NCBI GenBank assembly: GCA_963720285.1
Contig: CAVREZ010000004.1
Coordinates: 32,628-96,627, forward strand
Origin: an uncultured Acidobacteriota bacterium
GTDB lineage: Bacteria; Acidobacteriota; Terriglobia; Terriglobales; Acidobacteriaceae
DNA: 64,000 nucleotides
Reading direction: 5' to 3'
The translations under genes were made by a program, and so were the position numbers. Below the pieces are notes generated by a model. The model searched no databases. It worked only from the letters and a program-made list of their open reading frames with translations, and was not told the origin of the DNA. Below, piece after piece: positions 20,067-29,456 of the stretch. Position 1 is the stretch's first letter; every line of letters begins with the position of its first letter.

Positions 20067-23000
20067 ATGGCTGCCAGTGAAATACCCCCATTGCGACAGG
20101 AAGGAAGGAAAGACGGCTTATCGGATGCCAAGCGCCGTTTGCTTGAGCAGCGTCTTCGCGGCTCCGCGACCAGCTGGAAGAGATACGACGAGATCATTCA
20201 TCCGCGTCCTGCAGGCGCATCCATTCCGCTCTCGGCTGAACAGCGCAGAGTTTGGTTTCATGCTGCTCAACAGCCCGAAGTGCCTGTCTACAACGAGCCC
20301 TGCACCATTTACCGCTATGGCAGTTTCGATCCTGAGATTCTCCGGCAAACACTTCTGGAGATCCTTCGACGGCATGAGGCTTGGCGCACAAGCTTCGCTG
20401 CCGATGGTGAAGAAATCGTGCATCAGCACCTCCACGTATCAGTGCCTCTCGTCGATCTTAGCTTCCTACCTTACTCGGAAGCCGAAGCTGAAGCTCTGCG
20501 GATAGCTACTGCAAATGCGCGAAAACCCCTCTCACTCAGTACTGCACCTCTTTTCCGCGCACACATCATTCGCATGGCTTCCGAGGAGCATCGAATTTAC
20601 TTTACATTCCACCATATTATTTTTGACGGAGTGTCCATTGCTCGTGTCTTCATGCCCGAGCTCACGGCGATCTATGCGAGTTTTGAGCTCGGGGAGCCAA
20701 CGACTCTTCCCTTCCCGGCGCTCCAATACGGTGACTATGCTGTTTGGAGAGCGCAACACGTCACCTCGCCGGCTGTGACGCAACATCTCGCATATTGGCT
20801 TGAAAATCTCTCCGGCGAATTGCCAATCCTTCAACTGCCCGAAGACAAACCGCGCCCGCCGATTACAAGCTATCGGGGAGCGGTGGAACGTTTCGATGTG
20901 CCGGCCGAACTGGTGAAGCTTCTGCGAACACTGAGCCGCAGATATGGCGTCACGCTTTATGTGACTTTGCTTGCCGCCTTCAAAACTCTCCTGTTTCGAT
21001 ATACAGGTCAAAATGACGTAGTCGTGGGGAGTGCGGCTGACGCTCGAAGGCGGCCTGAACTTGAAAACCTGATGGGATATTTTCTGGATACTTTCGCCGT
21101 CCGATCCCGTCCTGTTGCCGACTTGAGTTTCTCAGAGTATCTGCTGCAAGTTCGAGATTCCGTGCTTGGGGGTATGGGGGCTGCAGAGATGCCTTTTGAT
21201 CGTGTTGTGCAGGCCATCAACCCGAAACGGGACACGAGCAGACACCCTATATTCCAGGCATTCTTTACGATACGGCCTCCGTTGCCCCGCATTGCCAATG
21301 GATGGCATCTTTCTCAGACCGATGTTACGGTCGGCACCAGCAAATTCGATCTGTATCTGGAATTCGGAGACGGCTCGGATAACATCGATGCGCGTTTCTT
21401 CTACAACACGGATATATGGGACGCCTCCACCATTCAGAGAATGACTGCGAACCTCCTGGTGCTCCTGCGATCGATCACCAACACTCCCGAAAGCACACTT
21501 GGCTCCCTTGCGATACTGACTCCCGAAGAACAACATGCTTTGCTGGGACCCGATGGTTGGAACGATACCACCTGCGAATTTCCGCAGATCACACTGCAGA
21601 AGCTTATTGAAGATCAGATACGTAAAACTCCGAAGACCCTCGCTGCAGTTTGTGGAGCAGACCGTCACACCTATGAGCAGCTTAACGCGCGCATAGATCA
21701 ACTTGCCGTCCGACTTCGTTCCCTCGGAGTGAAGCGAGGTTCGATCGTTGCGGTCGCGGTAGACCGCTCCATCGATTTGCTCGCTGGCTTGTTGGCAATC
21801 TTGAAGCTGAACGCGGCCTATCTTCCTCTCGATATTCAAGCTCCATCCGAGCGCATGGCAGTCTTCCTCGCAGATGCCAAGCCTGCAGCGCTATTGACGC
21901 AGCGAATCTTGTTAGCGCAGGTTGGACTATCAACGACACCTATTTTGCTTGTTGACGAGCCCGACAGAAAGCAAGCTGCAGCGGACTATGCCACTTTAGC
22001 CAACTTTTCAGCTCAGGAGGAAGCACAGGTTCAGAGTTTCGGAAGTCCAGATGACACTGCGTATTTGATTTACACGTCGGGAACAACCGGCCAGCCCAAG
22101 GCTGTAGAAATTTTGCAGAGAAGTCTAGTTAATCTGTTGCTATCGATGCAGCGGACTCCGAACTTTGTGCCTTCCGATGTACTCCTAGCGATAACTCCGA
22201 TGTCGTTCGACATTGCGGCGTTGGAGATGTTTTTGCCGCTCATTTCCGGCGGAACAGTTGTGATCGCTACGCGAGAAGAGGCGCGAGATCCTTTTCTGCT
22301 CGCGAAGGTTATTCAGACCTCTGGCTGCACCGTTATGCAGGCGACTCCCTCTACCTGGCGTAACTTGCTACTTTCCGGTTGGGATAACGCACAGCGAGGC
22401 AATGGCAGCAAAACAAGTGAGGGCCTACGGATTCTATGTGGGGGAGAAACTCTTCCACGCGAACTGGCAAATGAGCTTCTCGCTGTGGGCGCCGAAGTCT
22501 GGAACATGTATGGCCCAACTGAAACAACTATCTGGTCGGTGATCGATAAGGTTAGCCCAGATATAAACGGTGAAGAGGCGGGGATTCCGGTCGGACATCC
22601 GATCGCAAATACAGAAGCGTATGTTTTGGACGCTCAGCTGGAGCTCACGCCGATTGGAGTTCCGGGGGAGTTATTCCTGGGTGGTGTAGGTCTCGCGAAA
22701 AGATATCGCGGTCAACGGCAATTGACTGCAGATCGGTTCATTCAAGTTCACTCCATTGGTGAGCGTCTGGTTTACCGTACCGGAGATTTGGCGCGACGGG
22801 GACCTGACGGCAAAATCCATGTGCTCGGTCGGAGAGACAATCAGGTCAAGATACGGGGATCGCGGATCGAGCTTGAGGAGGTTGAGGCCACAGTTTTGAA
22901 ACATTCCAATGTCGCCGCCGCTGCTGCGCGTGCATGGCCAGAGGGTTCTGGTGAGATGCGTTTGAGCGTTTATATCGTCGAACAACGTTCTCCCGCGCCA

Positions 23001-24161
23001 ACACTTCATGAATTGCGGACTTTCCTCGAAAGGAGCCTTCCCGAAAGCATGATCCCGTCAGACCTGGTTGTGCTCCCCTTCATCCCATTAACTCCTCACG
23101 GCAAAATAGACCGCGCGAAATTATCCGCTCCCGTTGTAGACGAAATAGTTCCCGCCAAAACGGAACTCACCTCTGGGGACGAGGAGCGCATTGCTGCAAT
23201 GTGGGTACAAGTACTCGGCCGAAAATATATAGGCCCTACAGAGAACTTCTTCGATCTCGGCGGACACTCGATGCTCGTGGCTGCTTTACAGTTACAGATT
23301 ACTTCTGAATACGGTCAGAGAATCTCGCTTGCAGAACTCTTTCACAATCCAACGGTACGGCAGCAGGCTCGCCTTCTCCGAAGATCCGTCGACGACACTT
23401 TGTCTCTGACCCCCGGAGTTGTTCCGCTTCAGCCACACGGAACGGGTAACAGCATTTTCTGGGTACACTATCTCAACGGCAACCTCGCCGAAATGATCGG
23501 TACTCATCACCCCTTCCTCTCGTTGGCGTTGACATCGGAAGACATCACTGCTCTTGGGCGAACTCCAACTCTGGAGGGTATTGCACATCGACATGTGCTG
23601 AAGATACTCGCGTCTCAAGCTCAGGGGCCCTACATCGTAGGCGGATTATGTGCCAGCGGAATTCTCGCTTTCGAAATTGCTACACAGCTAAAATCGAGCG
23701 GACGTGAGGTCTCGCTCTTGATACTTTTGGATGCGAGGAACCCTTCCTGTTTGGAGCGACGAGGATCCTTGTTGTTGAAGTTGCAGCGCGCGCAATACGG
23801 TTTGCAACGACTTATCCGAACGGGCTTACGACAAAACGCCATCGATTTTCGCAAACGTCTGTTCAAGCGCCTGTCCATCATGGCCAATCGCACCTACGCC
23901 AAAACAGAATTGGGTGCAGCGCAGGAAATGATCGAAGCTGCGGCGCTTACATACCGGCCTACAAAATATCCGGGTAAGGTACTTTTGCTCCTCGCATCTG
24001 ACCGTCCTCCGCAGGTTGACTACTTGGATGGTTGGCAATCAGTCATTACGGGAGATTTTCATTTCCAATATGTCGACGGACATCATAGCGAACTGATAAG
24101 AACTCCGCATGTTCGTGGCGTCGCGGAAGCCATCAACTCCCATCTCCAACCCGCAGGTTGA
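20067..24161 (+). CDS. NRPS C-A-T-TE
   Basis: C domain HHIIFDG; A domain YTSGTTGQPK/MYGPTETT/YRTGD/HGKID; PCP GGHSML; TE-like GGLCASG...LLD...GHH; ATG 20067 with GAGG RBS. Confidence 0.92.
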   Translation: MAASEIPPLRQEGRKDGLSDAKRRLLEQRLRGSATSWKRYDEIIHPRPAGASIPLSAEQRRVWFHAAQQPEVPVYNEPCTIYRYGSFDPEILRQTLLEILRRHEAWRTSFAADGEEIVHQHLHVSVPLVDLSFLPYSEAEAEALRIATANARKPLSLSTAPLFRAHIIRMASEEHRIYFTFHHIIFDGVSIARVFMPELTAIYASFELGEPTTLPFPALQYGDYAVWRAQHVTSPAVTQHLAYWLENLSGELPILQLPEDKPRPPITSYRGAVERFDVPAELVKLLRTLSRRYGVTLYVTLLAAFKTLLFRYTGQNDVVVGSAADARRRPELENLMGYFLDTFAVRSRPVADLSFSEYLLQVRDSVLGGMGAAEMPFDRVVQAINPKRDTSRHPIFQAFFTIRPPLPRIANGWHLSQTDVTVGTSKFDLYLEFGDGSDNIDARFFYNTDIWDASTIQRMTANLLVLLRSITNTPESTLGSLAILTPEEQHALLGPDGWNDTTCEFPQITLQKLIEDQIRKTPKTLAAVCGADRHTYEQLNARIDQLAVRLRSLGVKRGSIVAVAVDRSIDLLAGLLAILKLNAAYLPLDIQAPSERMAVFLADAKPAALLTQRILLAQVGLSTTPILLVDEPDRKQAAADYATLANFSAQEEAQVQSFGSPDDTAYLIYTSGTTGQPKAVEILQRSLVNLLLSMQRTPNFVPSDVLLAITPMSFDIAALEMFLPLISGGTVVIATREEARDPFLLAKVIQTSGCTVMQATPSTWRNLLLSGWDNAQRGNGSKTSEGLRILCGGETLPRELANELLAVGAEVWNMYGPTETTIWSVIDKVSPDINGEEAGIPVGHPIANTEAYVLDAQLELTPIGVPGELFLGGVGLAKRYRGQRQLTADRFIQVHSIGERLVYRTGDLARRGPDGKIHVLGRRDNQVKIRGSRIELEEVEATVLKHSNVAAAAARAWPEGSGEMRLSVYIVEQRSPAPTLHELRTFLERSLPESMIPSDLVVLPFIPLTPHGKIDRAKLSAPVVDEIVPAKTELTSGDEERIAAMWVQVLGRKYIGPTENFFDLGGHSMLVAALQLQITSEYGQRISLAELFHNPTVRQQARLLRRSVDDTLSLTPGVVPLQPHGTGNSIFWVHYLNGNLAEMIGTHHPFLSLALTSEDITALGRTPTLEGIAHRHVLKILASQAQGPYIVGGLCASGILAFEIATQLKSSGREVSLLILLDARNPSCLERRGSLLLKLQRAQYGLQRLIRTGLRQNAIDFRKRLFKRLSIMANRTYAKTELGAAQEMIEAAALTYRPTKYPGKVLLLLASDRPPQVDYLDGWQSVITGDFHFQYVDGHHSELIRTPHVRGVAEAINSHLQPAG

Positions 24162-24743
24162 TCCGAGCATCAGCTGCCGCTGCCTAAAGGCTAACTGTCA
24201 GATGCTTTGAGATTCTCTTCGCCGTGAACCCTGCACCAAATGCAAAGCGAGTCAATGGGCCGAAGCCGTTGGCGGAAGCTGTCCCTAAGAAGTGCAGTCC
24301 GGGCACCGAGCTCTCAAAAACGCTGAGAGAATCGGACTATCCTGATTAATTCCACGTAAGCACGCGCTTCATGCAGAAGTGTGGCGTATCAGCGGCGGAT
24401 GCACCTTTCCGGACGCAACCCCGTCTGACTTGACCCGCATGCCTTTCGGCAGAGCCTGTTTACAACTCTGCATCGGAGTGCCAAAGATGCGAAAGCTCAG
24501 ATTTGTGCGTCCTAGAAACGCTGCTATCGACAGTCGGTAAGGCCTCGTCCCGATAATGCCTGCGTCAACGACAGTGCCGCCCATTTACTCTCTCCTGATA
24601 ACTAAATGTTCCTGAAATGGTTACGTTCGATTGCTTTATATCTTATAACTTACAGGGTAAAGACAGCTACACCTCGTAAAGTGAAATCATCTTATCGTTT
24701 TTTGTGCAATCTGCATCTGGTTGCTCATGTCACAATGGACTAA

Positions 24744-25985
24744 GTGGGGCTTGGTAAAGTGAACGAAAATCGGCGATCGAAGGTGCTGTTGTGTTCGCGA
24801 CTGTGGTGGGCATCCTCGGCACGCCTTGCTCTCGCCTTTCTCCGCTCTGGATGTAGCGTTTCGGGGATATGTCCTCCCTCCCATCCGCTTAGACACGTTA
24901 CGGGTCTCGAATCGTTACACTCTTACGCCAATCTTGACCCGGCTAGATCCCTCAGGAGCGCGATTTTGGCTTCTGGCGCAGATATTCTCGTTCCCTGCGA
25001 TGACGCGGCCGTGTGGCATTTGCACGAACTGCATGCCAAATATCCTGAAATGCGATCTCTCATTGAATATTCCCTCGGGGCCAAAGAGAGCTTTGCAACC
25101 ATTCAGAGCAGAGGGGAGACGCTGGAGACCGCTGCCAAGCTGGGCATTCGTGTGCCTCTCACTAGAACTGTGATTTCAGAAGAGGATCTGGAAAGCTGGT
25201 GTTTGGACGGATCAGCGGTCGTTAAATTGGACGGCACCTGGGGTGGCGCTGGCGTGGCGATCGTGGATTCCAATGCGAAGGCTATTGCCGAGTTCCGGAG
25301 ACTGAGCGGTCCCGTTCGATCCGGAGTTGCGTGGAAGCGTTGGCTAATTAATCGCCATCCTCGCGGTCTGATGTCATTGAGGCGGCGGCGAGAACAGGGA
25401 TTGACGATTCAGCAATTTATTCAGGGATCTCCGGCAAATACCATGTGCGCTTGCTGGCAAGGCGAGGTTCTGGCCACAGTCACAGTCGAAGTATTGGCGT
25501 CCCAGGGACAGACTGGCGCAGCCATAGTTGTCCGGTTGATAAAAAACGATGAAATCGATCGTGCGGTCCGCCTGCTAGCCAGGCAATTTATGTTTAACGG
25601 CTTCTTCGGCCTGGATTTCGTCATCGACGAGAAGACTGCCGATCCATACCTGATCGAGTTGAACCCGCGCGCGACGCAACTTGGGCATTTGCGTCTGTCT
25701 GGTCAGGACAGTTTAGCCGCCGCTCTGATCGCACGCATCAGTGGCCAAGCGTCCGAGGCCCCTGACGACTGCATAGAGAACAGCATCATAGCGCTCTTTC
25801 CTCAGACACTAAACTGGGATCCCCATAGCGTCTACCTAACCTCAGGACACCACGACATGCCCCTCGAAGAACCGGCACTCTGCCAAGAGTTACTGCGAGA
25901 GTCATGGCCCGACAGACAGTGGCTCAGCCGAGCTTATCAATATCTGCGGGCGCCTAAACGCGAGAAAATGGCAAAATGGTCCTGA
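24744..25985 (+). CDS. ATP-grasp domain protein (putative carboxylate-amine ligase)
   Basis: LVPCDD, VVKLDGTWGGAGV, QQFIQG, GFFGLDF, LIELNPR. Confidence 0.8.
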   Translation: MGLGKVNENRRSKVLLCSRLWWASSARLALAFLRSGCSVSGICPPSHPLRHVTGLESLHSYANLDPARSLRSAILASGADILVPCDDAAVWHLHELHAKYPEMRSLIEYSLGAKESFATIQSRGETLETAAKLGIRVPLTRTVISEEDLESWCLDGSAVVKLDGTWGGAGVAIVDSNAKAIAEFRRLSGPVRSGVAWKRWLINRHPRGLMSLRRRREQGLTIQQFIQGSPANTMCACWQGEVLATVTVEVLASQGQTGAAIVVRLIKNDEIDRAVRLLARQFMFNGFFGLDFVIDEKTADPYLIELNPRATQLGHLRLSGQDSLAAALIARISGQASEAPDDCIENSIIALFPQTLNWDPHSVYLTSGHHDMPLEEPALCQELLRESWPDRQWLSRAYQYLRAPKREKMAKWS

Positions 25986-26242
25986 TCTCAACCGTTTGAG
26001 ATCGAAATTGCCTTAAAATTTTCCTCCACGATTCGAGCAAAATGATGTTCCGGCCCACTCACATTTCGAGTCCTCTGCCCCATTCTCATCGTCGCCGCTG
26101 CTCTGGACCGAAAAACAGCACGGATATATACTCACGGTAATCACCTGGAAGATCCGCACTTTCGATCAACTGTGCCGACATCGTAGCCGGCTTAACCACT
26201 TCGAAGCGGGTCTACTGCAGCCACCGGGTGTAGCGTGGATGA

Positions 26243-26686
26243 ATGAGCGTCATTATCCTACTGCCAGCGGAGCTTGCGAAAAAGAGCAGCCGGGAAATCT
26301 CTCTGCTCGAGCCAGCGACGATTCGACGCGTACTGGGTTTTTCCGCAAAGCTCTCCCTCGCGTTTTTTTTCTTGGCAGGCGTTTCGGCAACAATTTTTAA
26401 TTGGCCGATAGGTATGCTTTCACTCGTCATAGATCTCTACTTTTGGATAAAAGTCATTTGGATCGTTCATAAATCCCGATCAGGAGAAGTTTTTGACGTG
26501 ACCTGCAGCAACTGCGAAAAGGTGAATCGTCATTGGAGCAGTCAGAGCTTCATTTGCACAGATTGCAGACACCTTTTAAGGCGCCACGGAGATCGGGTAT
26601 ACGACATCACATCGAGCGAGGTTAGAGCACTACTGGATACAGACCCAAGGCAAGCGCTCGTAAGGTCCAGAGCCTGGAGACGATAA
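26243..26686 (+). CDS. Small membrane protein with a putative zinc ribbon
   Basis: Two hydrophobic segments followed by CSNC and CTDC. Confidence 0.45.
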   Translation: MSVIILLPAELAKKSSREISLLEPATIRRVLGFSAKLSLAFFFLAGVSATIFNWPIGMLSLVIDLYFWIKVIWIVHKSRSGEVFDVTCSNCEKVNRHWSSQSFICTDCRHLLRRHGDRVYDITSSEVRALLDTDPRQALVRSRAWRR

Positions 26687-26879
26687 TTCTTTGTCAGCAG
26701 GCATCAGTATCTTCTACGAAGAGCTATTTCGAAATAGTGTGCGGGCAAGCATTTGCCACGCTCGCACGCTGACTGCTCAAGCGAGAACTGTCATTTGTTA
26801 GACCACGGACGCTATAAAGAGAAGTGCGTGTGTCTTCAAAGAGGCTGATGAACAGATTGCATAGTTGATGCGCAATGAG

Positions 26880-27141
26880 TGCAATCCTGTAATAGCCAGT
26901 ACAGGCGCATGATCCATCTTGGCGTCATCGAGGCCGTTCAATAGATGAATGCCGCCGGGCCGGAGGTCGCAATGCATACTCCAAGTCTGCCAGTGAACTT
27001 CGCATAGGCGCAGGCCATGAAAGCTGCCGCCTCTTCCTGTCGCACATGAATGAACCGGATTTTATCCTTCTGCATCCGCAGGGCTTCAACCACTCCGTTA
27101 ATTCCGTCGCCCGGCAGACCGAATATGGTGTCAATGCCCCA
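26880..27141 (-). pseudogene. Fragment of a ThDP-dependent pyruvate oxidase-like gene
   Basis: WGIDTIFGLPGDGING...RQEEAAAF...ATSGP, then after a frameshift GIHLLNGLDDAKMDHAPVLAITG; paralogous to the N-terminus of 40295-42046. Confidence 0.8.
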
Positions 27142-29227
27142 CGTTGCTTGATGATGGAATTGACGCCAGGCGTAGCCATTGTCATATTGGCAAGCATGGG
27201 CACACGCGAGCCAAGCGCAGCCCACTTGTCGATCAGACCCATGCTGTAGGCAGCAGCCGGACGGACATTCCCCTCATAGTAATGAGCAAGAAACTCTGCC
27301 TTATAGGTTGCGACATCCACCGATACTGGACAGTCGCCCTTGCAACCCTTGCAAGCAACGCAAAGATCGAGTGCCTCTTTAATCCCTTCGTCTTTCCATC
27401 CCTTCGGAATTGTTTCACCGCGCAGCATCTCAAAAAGCACTCGTGTGCGGCCACACGTGGAATGACGTTCATCACGCGTCACCTGGAAGCTCGGGCACAT
27501 CGTTTCCCCTTCGACCTTGCGGCATTTGCCCACACCGAAACATCGCTCCGTCGCCTGCGCCATGCTTCCGTGATCATCTGGAAATTGAAAGATGGTTGGC
27601 ATAGCCAGCGGTTTGTAATCCGGCCCTGTGCGTAGATTGCTGTCTAGCGGATAGGGATCAACGATCTTGCCTGGATTCATCTTTCCCTGTGGGTCCCAGA
27701 TTCGTTTGAACTTTTCGAATGCTTCTATGAGGCGTTGTCCGTACATAATGGGCAGCAGTTCGGCTCGCGACTGCCCATCTCCGTGCTCACCGGAAAGCGA
27801 GCCACCATAGCTGACGACTAGCTTTGCAGCCTCCGTGACGAAACGCCGATACTGCGCCACGCCCTCCGATGTCTTCATCTCAAAGCTGATGTGCGCATGA
27901 ATGCATCCCTGCCCGAAATGGCCATAGAGCACCATGAAATAGCCGTAGCGTTCCGTGAGCGCCCAAAAATCGCGCAGATAATCGCCTAGCTTCTCCGGGG
28001 GAACGGCCGCATCCTCCCAGCCCTGATAAGTATCCTTCGTTACGCCGGGCACGCGCATTGCTCCCAGACCCAGTTCGCGAATCTGGATTGCGTCTTTCTG
28101 TTCCTGCGGATCGATCAGCAAATGCGCACCCAGATGTTTCCCATGGCGCTCTGACCACCAAATCGCTTTTCACCGTCAGCGCGCGCTTCGCGAGCCGAAT
28201 TTCCACCGAACTCGACCAGGAGCCACGCCTCACCCTTCGTAAAGAACTGCATTCCCGGAAGACTCTTGCCTTTCAGGTGTTCGTTGTCGATGATGCGCTT
28301 CTCAAAGCCTTCCAGCGCAATGGGGCCAAGCTTCGGGAGGGCCGGAGATTGATCGCCGGCATCGAAGATCGTTGCATACGAAAAGATCGCCAATACACGA
28401 TGCTGCGGGCTCGGGATAAGCCTGGTCTTCGCACGAAGTTTAATTGCGCAGGTACCTTCTGTGCCGACGAGCGCTCGCGCTACATGAAAACCGTTCTCCG
28501 GCAACAGATAGTCGAGGTTATAGCCCGAAACTCTGCGAGGAATCCGAGGATATTGCCTGCGAACATCCTTGCCATATTCGTCGCGAAGATCACGGAGCGC
28601 AGCATAAATCTGCCCTTTTATTCCGCCCTCGTGAATGATCCTGTTGAGTTCTTTCTCGGTTGTCGCACCTACAGTCATACGTGTGCCGTCATATAAAAGG
28701 ATGTCCAACTCTTCAATGTTTTCGCTGGTCTTGCCGCCAAGAACCGAGTGAGCGCCGCAAGAGTTGTTGCCGATGTTGCCGCCGAGCGTGCGATACGCAT
28801 GCGTCGCCGGATCAGGGGCAAAGGTCAGGTGGTATTGTTCGGCAGCGGTGCGCAGATGATCGTTAATCAAGTCAGGTTCTACCCATGCAAACCGATGCTT
28901 CGGGTTCAGCTCCAGAATGCGATGGAGATACTTCGAGAAATCCAGCACGACCGCTACATTGCATGTCTGCCCAGCCAGGCTGGTTCCCGCACCGCGCCCG
29001 AGAATTGGAACGCCATATCCATGGCAGATGGCGACCGTCCCGATCACATCCTCGATGGTCTTTGGTATGACCACACCAATAGGCACCTGCCGGTAGGAAC
29101 TCAAGTCCGAAGCATAGAGCGCACGCGATGCATCATCGAAACGTACTTCAGCGCCGGAAGTGGCTTTGAGGCGCGTAGTAAGCTCCTCACATAAAGAGCG
29201 AGACACTGTAGGCAGCGAAGGGTGCAT
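27142..29227 (-). pseudogene. FAD-binding / Fe-S oxidoreductase (D-lactate dehydrogenase/GlcD-like), frameshifted and C-terminally truncated
   Basis: RGAGTSLAGQ, GEHGDG, MNPGKI, CFGVGKC, CVACKGC..DCP; frameshift at T4 run 28167-28170. Confidence 0.85.
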
Positions 29228-29456
29228 GAGGGTTCTCCTGGATCCGCTCGGATTGTTCGGACGGGGCTTAAGTGGATTTCGTGCACGGTAAATGAGATGT
29301 TCACGGCTCTATCTCTGTTGTCACAGGCGATTCTCACGGCTTGCGATTTATCGCTGGTTTCTGAAGCAACGACGAGCAGCGCGTTTTCCAACAGCGATTG
29401 CATCTAACCGATATCGCCGAACATGATCGCACGCATACAACCGAGAGGAGGGTTTG

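Noticed and set aside
23400-24161. Obafluorin-like beta-lactone formation by the Cys-TE
   Set aside because: The last module is predicted to load Gly, which has no beta-hydroxyl; plausible only if the substrate prediction is wrong
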